Origin: a virus
Direction: 5' to 3' (one strand)
Virus record (IMG/VR): IMGVR_UViG_3300030406_003150
Location: 14,122 to 78,121 of that record
DNA length: 64,000 nucleotides
Within the stretch, counting starts at the first letter, position 1; each line of letters opens with the position of its first letter. Both the position numbers and the translations under genes were made by a program. The notes below the pieces were generated by a model. It did not search any database. It was not told where the DNA came from and saw only the letters and a program-made list of their open reading frames with translations. This document shows, piece by piece, positions 29,644 through 39,418 of the stretch.

Positions 29644-30039
29644 ATGTACAAAATCAGATTCCACCTCGCCAAAGGCGAAAACTTCATGAAGTGGCAAATC
29701 AAAGCGCCAGGCTTAGTTCGATACGTAGACCCCGCTGAATTTCAGATAGCTATGTTCAATGCCAAGCTCAAGGTTCAAACAGGCACGTCAAAAAAGATTC
29801 ACGAAGGTGCATGCAAAACTGTGTGTGCTTGGGTTCAATGTGAAGAGTTCCAGATTACAAGGAACGACAAAATCAAACCCAACGTAAATGACTTCTACGT
29901 CAGGTTCAACCCACGCCGTAATCCTGAATGGGTAGACATGCACGACAACATCATGAGCAACGAGGAGTACAGCTTGCTGGTAAGCCAAGATCGTAGCCTG
30001 TTTGTAGTGACCGAGAACCACCAATGCGACGAAGAATGA
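29644..30039 (+). CDS. Hypothetical phage protein
   Basis: RFHLAKGENFMKWQIK...KIHEGACKTVCAWV. Confidence 0.6.
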   Translation: MYKIRFHLAKGENFMKWQIKAPGLVRYVDPAEFQIAMFNAKLKVQTGTSKKIHEGACKTVCAWVQCEEFQITRNDKIKPNVNDFYVRFNPRRNPEWVDMHDNIMSNEEYSLLVSQDRSLFVVTENHQCDEE

Positions 30040-31073
30040 CATACGAAGAAATCATAGAGCAAGAGCCGCAACCGATAGTGTACTCCATTGACTTCCCAAA
30101 CGGGATGTTCTATGTGGGTCGGACGGTGGATGTATCGAGGCGGGCAAAACGTCACTTCCATGAGTCGATGCGGTCCGCACACAGCAACACAGCTATGGAG
30201 CGATGCTTCAAGAAGTATAAGTTTCAAGAAACATGGGGGGTGATAAAGACATTTGCTACTGCGAAGGAAGCTGTAGATTTCGAGGCGATGTACATCGAAG
30301 AGTTCTGGGATGACCCTTTGTTCCTGAATCAGAAGCGCGGTGACAAGTTTACCGCGTTGGAAAACGAGCGACAACACAGCAAGCTGGCGTACTACATGAA
30401 CGCATACACAAAGATGATGTGGCGATCAGAGAAGAAGGGTGAATTGCGCCATCAGATGGGGCAAAAGGGATACCAGCCGCTACCTTCTGGTATTGGAGGT
30501 AAGTGCCACAGGGTATTGGCTTATGGTTCTACCCCAGAGGAGTGTGAAGCAGATGCAGAACGAATATTACGGAGGGATTTTGTTCAGATATGCAACAAGA
30601 TTGACCCCCCTTGGAAAGAAAAAGCTAATCAAAAGCTAAACGCCAAGCGAAAAGAGGAACGCAGAATAGCAAAGCTAAAGAAGTCATATGTGGTTAAGGA
30701 CCTGAAGACAGGACGTGTTTCGATTGCTAAATGGTGGTGTAGCAAGAAAGGACTTACTCCTGGTCAGAAAAGAGTGTTAAATGAAGGTGTAAGACCATGG
30801 TCTCTGCACAACGTGAGAAGGTATGGAGAGCCTTGGGCGGAATTCGTTCCTGAGAAAACTCAATCGTGGGCAAATCACAACAAACCCAAGCCCATCGTAG
30901 GGGTACACAAGAGTGGAAAGATAGGCGAGTGGGCTAGCGTGGGTGCATTCGCAAGAGAGGAACTAAATGCTAAAACAAGATCAAGAAAAAAATGCTTACG
31001 GGCACAAGCAATAATATCAATCGAAAGAAATGGCACATGCCATGGGTGGGAACTAAAATACAAGAAACAATGA
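30036..31073 (+). CDS. GIY-YIG family (homing-type) endonuclease
   Basis: IVYSI..PNGMFYVGRT..R...H...E...N; C-terminal NUMOD1-like KPIVG...EWASVGAFAREEL. Confidence 0.7.
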   Translation: MTYEEIIEQEPQPIVYSIDFPNGMFYVGRTVDVSRRAKRHFHESMRSAHSNTAMERCFKKYKFQETWGVIKTFATAKEAVDFEAMYIEEFWDDPLFLNQKRGDKFTALENERQHSKLAYYMNAYTKMMWRSEKKGELRHQMGQKGYQPLPSGIGGKCHRVLAYGSTPEECEADAERILRRDFVQICNKIDPPWKEKANQKLNAKRKEERRIAKLKKSYVVKDLKTGRVSIAKWWCSKKGLTPGQKRVLNEGVRPWSLHNVRRYGEPWAEFVPEKTQSWANHNKPKPIVGVHKSGKIGEWASVGAFAREELNAKTRSRKKCLRAQAIISIERNGTCHGWELKYKKQ

Positions 31074-31429
31074 ACAACGTTAACTACATCTACTCCTACG
31101 TTCACAACGGAGCGTGGGTATTCGACGACGAGTCACGAGAGCTCGACAAAGAACCTTTCGTGGAAGGTGCTGACCTTCTCCTCGACGCCATGAGCGGACG
31201 AGACAAATACGAGTACATCGACAGGTGTGCATTCTACTTCGCTGAGACTCCTCTCCCCAACTGGGATGTACAGCTCAAGATGCACGGACATGACGGATAC
31301 GACGGCACGTACTACAAGGTTGACTTCCCTGAGAAGAACGTCAAGAACGAAGGTCCAATCTGGCTGTGTCCAGCACTACTGAAGTTCTTTGACAAATCAC
31401 CACAAAACATTTACGTAAAAATCAAATGA
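31070..31429 (+). CDS. DUF6717-like protein
   Basis: WVFDD...L.KEPFV.GAD...WLCPALLKFF..P..IY. Confidence 0.65.
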   Translation: MNNVNYIYSYVHNGAWVFDDESRELDKEPFVEGADLLLDAMSGRDKYEYIDRCAFYFAETPLPNWDVQLKMHGHDGYDGTYYKVDFPEKNVKNEGPIWLCPALLKFFDKSPQNIYVKIK

Positions 31430-31746
31430 CGAACGAAGCAGCAATCAAGATGATTCGGGACAAACACCGAACCGAAAACAAAGCGGAGAAGCTAGCAGCT
31501 ATGTACGCTATGGATGACATCATATTCGATGATATCGAAGTGTGGCTCAAGACACCCACGTACAAACACATCGAACAGTTTGTGAGCATTGGGCTGGAGG
31601 TCTTGGAAGATTATATGTGTGAACCACACACAGATGAGGATAAGCAACGTAAGTTTGCAGAAGGAACGCTTGGTATCGCAGAGTCTATGTACCACTACGC
31701 TCAGATACATCACGAGCTACAAGAAGAGTCTATGTCAGAACGCTGA
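31426..31746 (+). CDS. Hypothetical protein
   Basis: 106 aa; ATGA coupling. Confidence 0.55.
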   Translation: MTNEAAIKMIRDKHRTENKAEKLAAMYAMDDIIFDDIEVWLKTPTYKHIEQFVSIGLEVLEDYMCEPHTDEDKQRKFAEGTLGIAESMYHYAQIHHELQEESMSER

Positions 31747-31879
31747 CATGAGAGGGACGTATGGTGTGCGGGGAGATCCCGTAACAAGCCTTGTGTAAGA
31801 GAGCTTTGAGAAACAAAGTCCCTCTTTTTCTTGGATTATCAACATTGGCTTTGTAGGTTTGGTGGATAAAATTTAATCC

Positions 31880-32278
31880 ATGAAAAAAAGAATTGACAAG
31901 GTGATGAGAGAGTATTCCAAGGTCATTCACGTAGACATCAAGTCAAAGCGACGCCTAGCCTACATAGTGCAGCCAAGGGCAGCATTGATGGTTGCGATGA
32001 GCAGAGAGATGCCCGTCGTTGAGGTAGCCAGAGCATTCGGGATGAACCACGCAACGGTGCTTCACCACAAGAGAAAGCATCTGGGAAACTTAGATCATTG
32101 GCTGGGCTACAGAGACAAGTACGAGATAGCAAAGGCTATGTGTGATGCATGGCTAAGGCGAGAGCGGATTGTGCAAGCAATCGAAACAGTAAACAATAAA
32201 ATTGAATCGCTACAAGACGTAGCACAAGAATTAAATCAAAGGTTAAACAATGAGCAATTACAAGTTCAAGACCACTAA
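31880..32278 (+). CDS. DnaA C-terminal-like HTH protein
   Basis: IVQPRAALM...VARAFGMNHATVLH resembles the DnaA domain IV signature (R.H.TV.H). Confidence 0.65.
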   Translation: MKKRIDKVMREYSKVIHVDIKSKRRLAYIVQPRAALMVAMSREMPVVEVARAFGMNHATVLHHKRKHLGNLDHWLGYRDKYEIAKAMCDAWLRRERIVQAIETVNNKIESLQDVAQELNQRLNNEQLQVQDH

Positions 32279-32765
32279 CATTCGTGGTAAGCAGTACGTT
32301 GAAGTCAACGAACGCATCAAGTTCTTCCGACAAGAAGAGCAGTACAAAAACTGGAGTTTGATAACAGAGTTCACCGTGCTGGACAGCGAGCAATGTGTGT
32401 GCAAGGCATCGATAGCAGACCCAGAGCATCGCATCATTTCGGTCGGACATGCGCACGAAGTGCAAGGAAGTAGCAACATCAACAAGACGAGCTACGTAGA
32501 GAACTGCGAGACCTCAGCAATCGGCCGTGCGTTAGCCATGCTGGGGATTGGAATCGACACTTCCATTGCATCGGCTAACGAGGTATCAGATGCTATTGCC
32601 AAGCAGGAGGCAAGCGATGAGCCAGTAGAAAATATCATGGACAAAGCTGTTGCTTACATCAAGTCGCAGACCGACAAGAAGAAAGCGTTTGAGTCCATCA
32701 TGTCCAAGTACAAGGACAGCCTGACCGACAAGCAGGTAGCTGGACTCAAGAAGTTTGTTCGATGA
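32250..32765 (+). CDS. Sak/Rad52-like single-strand annealing protein
   Basis: IRGKQYVEVNERI...ENCETSAIGRALAMLGIG. Confidence 0.7.
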   Translation: MSNYKFKTTNIRGKQYVEVNERIKFFRQEEQYKNWSLITEFTVLDSEQCVCKASIADPEHRIISVGHAHEVQGSSNINKTSYVENCETSAIGRALAMLGIGIDTSIASANEVSDAIAKQEASDEPVENIMDKAVAYIKSQTDKKKAFESIMSKYKDSLTDKQVAGLKKFVR

Positions 32766-33052
32766 GGGTTGACTTAGTTAGAACTGATCACAAGAAGTAC
32801 GCACAGTTCAGGGCTTCGGCGCTGAAGCTCAAAGTCAAGAAGGTTTGGGTGGAAACCAAAGACGCAAACCCAGAGTTTGACGGGTTGTTTTTCATCAAGC
32901 ACAAAGACTTCTTGGGCGACATAGACATAGCTGAGTTCTTCATCAACTCCAAAGGCCAAAGCTTTTGGCTTACGCCGAGTGATCCCACACACTGGGCAGA
33001 GATAGAGACCTACGAGTACAAAGACAAAGAGGGAAATTTAATTTACGAATGA
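32762..33052 (+). CDS. Hypothetical protein
   Basis: 96 aa; coupled within the operon. Confidence 0.5.
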   Translation: MRVDLVRTDHKKYAQFRASALKLKVKKVWVETKDANPEFDGLFFIKHKDFLGDIDIAEFFINSKGQSFWLTPSDPTHWAEIETYEYKDKEGNLIYE

Positions 33053-33834
33053 TGACAATACCTGAACAATTACAAGAGAGATACAACAAATCGCACCTCT
33101 CTTACTCCTCTATCAAGCAAGCGCTGGGGGACATGGCGCAGTTCGACCGATACATGAAGGGCGAGCTGGTGTACAAGTCCGAAGCCCTAGATTTTGGTAC
33201 GCTGTACGACATGCTGCTGTTCGAACGAAAGAAAGCGATGGAAACATACTTCGTCATCAACAAAAACAGGATACTTGCCGAGTGCAGCTCCAAAACTAAA
33301 TCGTCTAAGTCTCCTCACCTTACAAACGAATACAAGTCTGTAAAGGCGGACCTTGAGCAGCAAGCAGAACTCAAAGGAATGACCTTAGTGTCACACGAAG
33401 ATTGGCAGATGGCTAACGATATGATCGACAGACTAGCGACGTGTGGTCTGCTTGACACCTATCTAGCTGGTGAGTACCAGGTGGGATTCCTTGAAGAGCT
33501 GCATGGTATTCAAGTGAAAGGATTCCTTGACTGCTTGGGTGACGGATTCATCAGCGACAGCAAGTCTTCACGCAGCGCAGAGAAGTTTCGCTACGCAGTC
33601 AGAGACTTCTGCTACGACATCCAAGCATACATATACACAAAGGTGTTTGGAATAAAAGATTTCTACTGGGTTGTTCAGGAGAAAACTTATCCGTATCTTC
33701 CTGCTCTCGTCAAGTGTAGCGATGAGACAATCTTTGTGGGTGAAATGAAATTCAATGATGCAGTAAACAGGATCAGAACCTTCTTGAGAGAGGACTATGA
33801 CCCAACAAAGGATTACTTGCAGTATGAAGTTTAA
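33049..33834 (+). CDS. RecE/exonuclease VIII-like PD-(D/E)XK nuclease (DUF3799-like)
   Basis: LSYSSIK, ALDFGT, KGFLD..D.K, YDIQAYIY, F.WVVQEK. Confidence 0.75.
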   Translation: MMTIPEQLQERYNKSHLSYSSIKQALGDMAQFDRYMKGELVYKSEALDFGTLYDMLLFERKKAMETYFVINKNRILAECSSKTKSSKSPHLTNEYKSVKADLEQQAELKGMTLVSHEDWQMANDMIDRLATCGLLDTYLAGEYQVGFLEELHGIQVKGFLDCLGDGFISDSKSSRSAEKFRYAVRDFCYDIQAYIYTKVFGIKDFYWVVQEKTYPYLPALVKCSDETIFVGEMKFNDAVNRIRTFLREDYDPTKDYLQYEV

Positions 33835-33930
33835 GAAAGCGTGGGAAACCGTTGCGGGTGTATTGTACTACATGTCAGCGGCTTTCTGTGTGGCAATGTT
33901 AATAGTAGAAATTTTTAATTAATTTAAAAG

Positions 33931-34236
33931 ATGAGTGATCAAAACAAAAAGTACGAGAGTGTTCTCGTAGGCTGGGCAGACGAGCCTAGCTACAATGACA
34001 ACGGTGAGTTGATGGGGTGGAGCTTCCGCCTCAAGGACAACGAGTTGAAAGACGCTATTGACCAGTACGCTACCAAGCGTGACGAGAACGGTCAGGGTGG
34101 TAACATTCGATTCCGATTGTTCATGTCGAAGTCGGGCAAGCCATGCCTCAGCGTATGGGACCCGAACAGCGAGGCGGCACAAGAACGCCGAAACAACCAG
34201 GCTAAAAACGGTGGGTCATCTGACTTGCCGTTCTAG
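33931..34236 (+). CDS. Probable single-stranded DNA-binding protein
   Basis: 101 aa with SSB-type C-terminal tail DLPF, in the recombination cluster. Confidence 0.6.
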   Translation: MSDQNKKYESVLVGWADEPSYNDNGELMGWSFRLKDNELKDAIDQYATKRDENGQGGNIRFRLFMSKSGKPCLSVWDPNSEAAQERRNNQAKNGGSSDLPF

Positions 34237-34254
34237 TATATCATGTCATACGGT

Positions 34255-34299
34255 TAAGGGGAGGGGTTGAGATTATTCTCACCCCTTTTCTTTCCCTTA
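34255..34299 (+). terminator. Hairpin/terminator
   Basis: GGGGT(T)GAGA/TCTCACCCC stem followed by a T-rich run. Confidence 0.5.
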
Positions 34300-34309
34300 C
34301 TCTTACACA

Positions 34310-34588
34310 ATGGGAAAGCCTATCTATTACATCGAAGCAGAAGCTACGATTATCAAAAACAGAAGGCCAGTATCTAAGATGGTGTGGATAGTAAGCACAT
34401 ACGACAACCCATCGGACATCATGAAGCATGACATGAGAACCATGAGCAGGCTACGGGATCAGCTGATTACAAAGAAGGCCAAGAACAAAACAGTTTTAAT
34501 TGAGAGTATCAAGTCAATCAAACAAGTAGGAACGACCTCCAATGCAAGTAACTATCTACAAAAATCTCTACAAGAAAAGCGCAAGTGA
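34310..34588 (+). CDS. Hypothetical protein
   Basis: 92 aa upstream of the primase. Confidence 0.5.
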   Translation: MGKPIYYIEAEATIIKNRRPVSKMVWIVSTYDNPSDIMKHDMRTMSRLRDQLITKKAKNKTVLIESIKSIKQVGTTSNASNYLQKSLQEKRK

Positions 34589-36359
34589 TGCACACATAGT
34601 CCCTGTGATGGCCGCCCTGAAAAGAATCAAAGATGGCTCATCGAAAGACAAGATTGAAAAGATTAGATCAGGAGAGAAGGAGTTCAAGAGGGCTTTACCT
34701 GTAGTTCTTTTCAGCGGTGAGTTTGGCGCCAGAAAAGACAACGAGATACGAAAGCACAGCTCCTTCATAGTCTTAGACTTTGACCACATAGAAGTAGAAA
34801 AGTCGAAACCAGTTATAGGCACAGACCCTTACGTATATGCCTGCTGGGTGTCGCCTTCGGGAGACGGCATCAAAGCGCTGGCAAGAATTACAAACCCAGA
34901 AAGACACAGGGATCACTTCAGGGCGCTTGTAGCATACTTCAAAAAGCAATACGACCTTGAGGTTGATATATCTGGAATCAACGAGAGCCGAGCTTGTTAC
35001 GAATCATACGACCCAGACATCATACTAAACGAGGGCAGCAATGTCTTCGGTGCGCTTCAAGTAGATTCTAAGCAAGAGCAGGTAGCTGTCTCACAATCAG
35101 AGAGTTACACCGATTACTTAAAGTTAAATCTAGCAGCAAAGATGATTCGTCAATGCCCTGACGGAGAGAAGCATGCAACGTTGCTTAGGGCTGGAAGGTT
35201 GTGCGGTGGATTTATATCTGCTGGGCGCATGGAAGAGGACGAGGTGATTCGTGTGCTCACCAGAGAGATACTCAAACGAGACGTTGATGACGAAGAGCAT
35301 ACGGTAAGGACGTTACGAGAGGCTGTAGAGAAGGGCAAGCAAGATCCCATAACCGTAACCATACAAGACGAGAAGAAAGCACAGAGGGAGCTTCTAATCA
35401 ACGATGGTGACATGTCCTTCATATCGTCAGACGACGAAGACTTCCGATGGATTGACGACTTTGCAAACGGAAAGATACCCGTAGGGCTAGATACTGGTGA
35501 CGTGGAGCTTGATAGGTTCTTCAGATACAAAAAGGAGTTCGTTATTGTAAACGGGCACAGTAACGTGGGCAAGACTACCATGGTGCTGTACTTGATGGTA
35601 AACTCTACTATGCGGCACGGATGGAAATGGGTAGTGTACTCCTCTGAGAACCGTACAGCCTCCCTAAAGATGTCACTGATACAGTTTGCAATGAACAAGT
35701 CTGTATCATCCATGAACCATGCACAAAGGAAGAAAGCATACGAGTGGGTTGGCAAACACTTTGTCATCATCAGCAACAAGCAGATATACAGCTACACAGA
35801 CATTATAGTATTCTTAGAGAAGATACTTAAGCAGCAAAGCATTGATGGCGTGTTTGTTGATCCCTACAACAGCCTCAAATTGGACATGAGAAACAGCTCT
35901 ATAGGCGTACACGACTACCACTATGAAGCAGCCTCTGAGTTCCTTACGTTCTCCACCTCTAACAACGTAGCAGTCTGGCTGAACATGCATGCGGTTACTG
36001 AGGCTCAAAGAAGGAAGGGGCCTGACGGTTTGCCTGTAGCGCCATACGCGGAGGACACAGAGGGCGGCGGTAAGTTTGTGAATCGTTCTGATTGTTTTGT
36101 CACAATACACCGCAAGGTTCAGCACCCTGATCCCAACCAGAGAAAGGTCACGGAGTTTCATATCCGCAAGGTGCGAGACGTAGAAACTGGTGGCGAACCG
36201 AGCCCCTTAGAGGAGCCAGTCCGCTTTGAGATGAACACTTCGAGGACTGGGTTTAGGCTGTACAAGACTCAAATGGATTTGTTCCAACCCCTTGATTTAC
36301 AGCAATCTAAGCAGTCTTACTTTACGTGGGGCGAGAACAGTTCGTTTTTAAAAGAATAA
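34542..36359 (+). CDS. Primase (VirE-N/BT4734-like) fused to DnaB-like helicase
   Basis: LP..FSG.F..R, LDFDH, SPSGDGIKA; Walker A GHSNVGKT, SSEN, FVDPYN, FVNRSD..IHR. Confidence 0.8.
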   Translation: MQVTIYKNLYKKSASDAHIVPVMAALKRIKDGSSKDKIEKIRSGEKEFKRALPVVLFSGEFGARKDNEIRKHSSFIVLDFDHIEVEKSKPVIGTDPYVYACWVSPSGDGIKALARITNPERHRDHFRALVAYFKKQYDLEVDISGINESRACYESYDPDIILNEGSNVFGALQVDSKQEQVAVSQSESYTDYLKLNLAAKMIRQCPDGEKHATLLRAGRLCGGFISAGRMEEDEVIRVLTREILKRDVDDEEHTVRTLREAVEKGKQDPITVTIQDEKKAQRELLINDGDMSFISSDDEDFRWIDDFANGKIPVGLDTGDVELDRFFRYKKEFVIVNGHSNVGKTTMVLYLMVNSTMRHGWKWVVYSSENRTASLKMSLIQFAMNKSVSSMNHAQRKKAYEWVGKHFVIISNKQIYSYTDIIVFLEKILKQQSIDGVFVDPYNSLKLDMRNSSIGVHDYHYEAASEFLTFSTSNNVAVWLNMHAVTEAQRRKGPDGLPVAPYAEDTEGGGKFVNRSDCFVTIHRKVQHPDPNQRKVTEFHIRKVRDVETGGEPSPLEEPVRFEMNTSRTGFRLYKTQMDLFQPLDLQQSKQSYFTWGENSSFLKE

Positions 36360-36376
36360 GCTGTAACTTCCACGAT

Positions 36377-36895
36377 GTGAAGCGAAAGGCGAAGGGCACT
36401 CCAAGACGAAAGACCGCTAAGAAAAAAAACTTAGGTAAGTATAAGAGCGGGTTGGAAAAAACATGCGCTGACCTTTTAGCTGAATCGGGGCTAAGTTTTG
36501 CCTATGAGAAGCATGAGTACATCCTGATGGACAAGTTTAGATACCCAGGAACGTATCTAAAAATGACATCAAAGCGTAAGGATCTATCGGACAGAACCAA
36601 TAAGGTCGTCCTACCAATAAAATATACTCCAGACTTTGTGGGACCAGACAAAGGTTGGATAATTGAAACCAAAGGGTATACACCTTCGCATCACGACTTC
36701 CCGATGCGGTGGAAGCTATTCCTAAACCACTTGATAGACTCAGGAGAACCAGTCCCTGCACTGTTCATCTGCAAAAACAAACGGCAGATTGAAGAGGCAA
36801 TAGAGAAGATTAAAGAACTAGGGTATGGTAAAAAAAGAGCTAACAAAAGAACAACTAGGCGAAAGCTACAGAATAGCGACAGTCAGGCTGCATGA
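36377..36895 (+). CDS. T7 endonuclease I-like resolvase
   Basis: YKSGLEK...YE...YTPDF...IIETKG; probable GTG start. Confidence 0.75.
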   Translation: MKRKAKGTPRRKTAKKKNLGKYKSGLEKTCADLLAESGLSFAYEKHEYILMDKFRYPGTYLKMTSKRKDLSDRTNKVVLPIKYTPDFVGPDKGWIIETKGYTPSHHDFPMRWKLFLNHLIDSGEPVPALFICKNKRQIEEAIEKIKELGYGKKRANKRTTRRKLQNSDSQAA

Positions 36896-37109
36896 AATTG
36901 TAGATAGGCTGTACGAAGACCTCTTCGATCAGGAGGGTAACCCGCGCTGCGACAGTGGGAACATAGCGAACATGATTGCTTCGCAAAGAATATCAATTAA
37001 TCAAGAGTTGGAGCTGATCAAAGATGCTTCATACGAACACCTCGAATCAAATACAAATGAACAATCAAAACAGGAGGGTATATTCTTCTACGACGGGCAG
37101 GGTAGCTGA
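36825..37109 (+). CDS. Hypothetical protein
   Basis: 94 aa, helical. Confidence 0.45.
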   Translation: MVKKELTKEQLGESYRIATVRLHEIVDRLYEDLFDQEGNPRCDSGNIANMIASQRISINQELELIKDASYEHLESNTNEQSKQEGIFFYDGQGS

Positions 37110-37554
37110 GACCCGATTCCAAAGAGCGGCAGAGAAGCTAGGCTTGAAAGTAATGAAGAGCGAAAACGATCAAGACATTCACCTGCATGTAGATTATTGG
37201 CTGAGCTACGATGGCGGCAACAATCACGGCGTAGATGTAAAGGGCAACAACTTGCCCGACGAGATATGGTGTGAGTTCAGGAACGTAAACGGAGACCCTG
37301 GATGGATGTACGGGTATGCCAGTATCGTTGCCTTTGACATGCCTGAAGAAGGTGGGTTCTGTGTGGTGGACACAAAGGACCTACGAAAGTATTGTGAAGA
37401 CCACGTAGAGGATGTGGTTGTGACTCACAAGTCAAATGCTTACAAGAAAAAGTACCAACGCAAAAACAGAGAGGATATCATCACGAGGATTTACCTGTCT
37501 GATTTGAAGACAATTAGTTCTTACAGGGTGTGGGAGTACAACAAAGACTACTAG
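37057..37554 (+). CDS. PD-(D/E)XK nuclease-like protein
   Basis: G..AE..F...D..LHVDYW...VDVKG...WCEF.N..G.PGW. Confidence 0.6.
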   Translation: MNNQNRRVYSSTTGRVAETRFQRAAEKLGLKVMKSENDQDIHLHVDYWLSYDGGNNHGVDVKGNNLPDEIWCEFRNVNGDPGWMYGYASIVAFDMPEEGGFCVVDTKDLRKYCEDHVEDVVVTHKSNAYKKKYQRKNREDIITRIYLSDLKTISSYRVWEYNKDY

Positions 37555-37844
37555 GCCCTGTTGTGCATCCTGCGTATAGCCTCTTTACCTGCCCTAGCTA
37601 TGCGGGCTTGCTCGGTTTTACCCGCTACTTTAGCTCGTTGCTCTAACACAGTAAGTATCTGAATTTTTCTAGCGAATGGCTTGTTAATCTTCTTGACCTT
37701 GGCTACGGTAGCTCTAGCGTCAGCGGGAGTAGCAAACTTGATTGAAACGGTATCTCTTGGATTCTCGTCCGTGTACAGCCTTCTGTCCGATCCCTTGGGC
37801 TTCTTGCCTGTACCTACTTTGGGGTCACGCTTCTTTGTCCTCAT
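37551..37844 (-). CDS. Small basic phage protein
   Basis: GTGKKPKGSDRRLYTDENPRDTV.IKFAT motif. Confidence 0.65.
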   Translation of the reverse strand: MRTKKRDPKVGTGKKPKGSDRRLYTDENPRDTVSIKFATPADARATVAKVKKINKPFARKIQILTVLEQRAKVAGKTEQARIARAGKEAIRRMHNRA

Positions 37845-39418
37845 CTTTTCTTAGCTCTCATTCCTTTCTTACGCTTCTTCTTCACCTTGAGCTTGCCTCC
37901 GTATCTAAGTTTTTCTACTATTGGGTAAGGGAATAGAAGCCTAGTTCCCTTTGGGGTTGGACCCCCGTAAGGCTGTTTTGGTATAGGTTCTATTTTAGCT
38001 GCTGGTAGTCCAACCTCCTTTAATTTAGGGTCAATGTACTTGTTCTTTATTTCAAGGAGGTACTTATCTGCCTCTTCTACAGACATACCGTAAGCTTTGG
38101 ATGTTCCTGATCCCGTCAGAAGTTCGTCAGTCATAATCCTTCTTAGTTCTTTTTCAGGTATCCCAAAATAATTTCTAAATCTACCCATATCATTCAGGGT
38201 CCTGAAGCTTATGGCTTCTTCCTGAGAGACTTTATCTATAATCTTCACACCGCGATTCTTAATAGTTTTCTTAACTTCATCGCTTGCCGAGATGTATTTG
38301 TTTCCTTTCTTAATTTGAGTAAGGAACATAGGGTAAGAGTCCGAGCTGAGACTACCTGATTCTGGTATCCCTATCAAATCACCTTTCTGTATGTTAGACA
38401 TCAGAGTGTTCATGACTTTAGCCTGCTCTCTCTTATCGGTAAAATTAGCATTTGGCCGCTTTTTGAGCTCAGTCATGTCCATGTTCATGCTGTGGGCATA
38501 TCGGTCCCCATATTCTTTAGCTAAGTTGGGGAGCTTTTCAGACACAGATGCAGAATTTATTTCCGCATAATTACCCATCCTGTCTGTATAGGAAACCATA
38601 ACCTCGTTTGGACTGTATCGCTCAAAATCTGCCTGAAAGTCACCTATACTTTCTGGTATATTTCCCAGCCCTCTTGTCTCTTCTATTGAGGGAGCAAGCT
38701 TCAAACTGGATGACGGGGCTCCTTGAGTGGATATATCTTTTATTTCTTCAAGTACAAGCCTTTCGGTGTTGCTTAAATTAAGACCAGAGAACTCATCAAA
38801 CGATAAGTCGATGAGTTCTTGAGCGTCTTTAGCTATAGCTGCCCGTTCTTCTTTACTGAATTTTTCAGCTACGAAAGCAATATCTTCAGGGGACTCCAAC
38901 TCCCGACCAATACCCTTGAATATCCTGTCGAGAGCAGGGTTATTTACGCTCTGAGCGTATGACCTCATCATGCTAAGGTTGCCAGGCAAGAACGCCATGG
39001 CTCCCGCAGCGAGAGACAGGCCAGCTCCACCAGCCACCTTACCTAAGTCGCCCTCCTTCACCCCTCTGCCAGCCATCTGCAAACCAGAAAATATATCTTC
39101 CACGTCTCCGACGGGGCTAACAAACTTCATGGGAGTCACGGATTCGACCCTTCCAGATTCCATCGGATACCCTCGGCCCATCATACTCTCAAACTCCTCG
39201 CGCTCCTTGGCTCTCTGCATATCTCTGAGCATACCAGCAAAGTCCATAGATTCTCCTGCGGAAAGCTGTTGTTGCAACGCCTCTGGTCGGCGGGTCATAG
39301 TAGACTCACTGACTGCGGGCTGAGACTGAAACCTAGGCAAGGGCTGAGACTGAGCAGCCAATCTTTCAAGAAGAGATCGAACCTCGCCACCTTGCTGATA
39401 TCTTCTTACTGCTCTCAT
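37841..39418 (-). CDS. Putative internal/cargo protein
   Basis: 525 aa; xxGG motifs at both ends; Gly/Ala hydrophobic hairpin. Confidence 0.5.
   Translation of the reverse strand: MRAVRRYQQGGEVRSLLERLAAQSQPLPRFQSQPAVSESTMTRRPEALQQQLSAGESMDFAGMLRDMQRAKEREEFESMMGRGYPMESGRVESVTPMKFVSPVGDVEDIFSGLQMAGRGVKEGDLGKVAGGAGLSLAAGAMAFLPGNLSMMRSYAQSVNNPALDRIFKGIGRELESPEDIAFVAEKFSKEERAAIAKDAQELIDLSFDEFSGLNLSNTERLVLEEIKDISTQGAPSSSLKLAPSIEETRGLGNIPESIGDFQADFERYSPNEVMVSYTDRMGNYAEINSASVSEKLPNLAKEYGDRYAHSMNMDMTELKKRPNANFTDKREQAKVMNTLMSNIQKGDLIGIPESGSLSSDSYPMFLTQIKKGNKYISASDEVKKTIKNRGVKIIDKVSQEEAISFRTLNDMGRFRNYFGIPEKELRRIMTDELLTGSGTSKAYGMSVEEADKYLLEIKNKYIDPKLKEVGLPAAKIEPIPKQPYGGPTPKGTRLLFPYPIVEKLRYGGKLKVKKKRKKGMRAKKR

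Noticed and set aside
31781-31791. GTAACAAGCC as a twister ribozyme L4 loop
   Set aside because: Flanking bases do not form P4, and no matching P1/P2/L1 elements were found.
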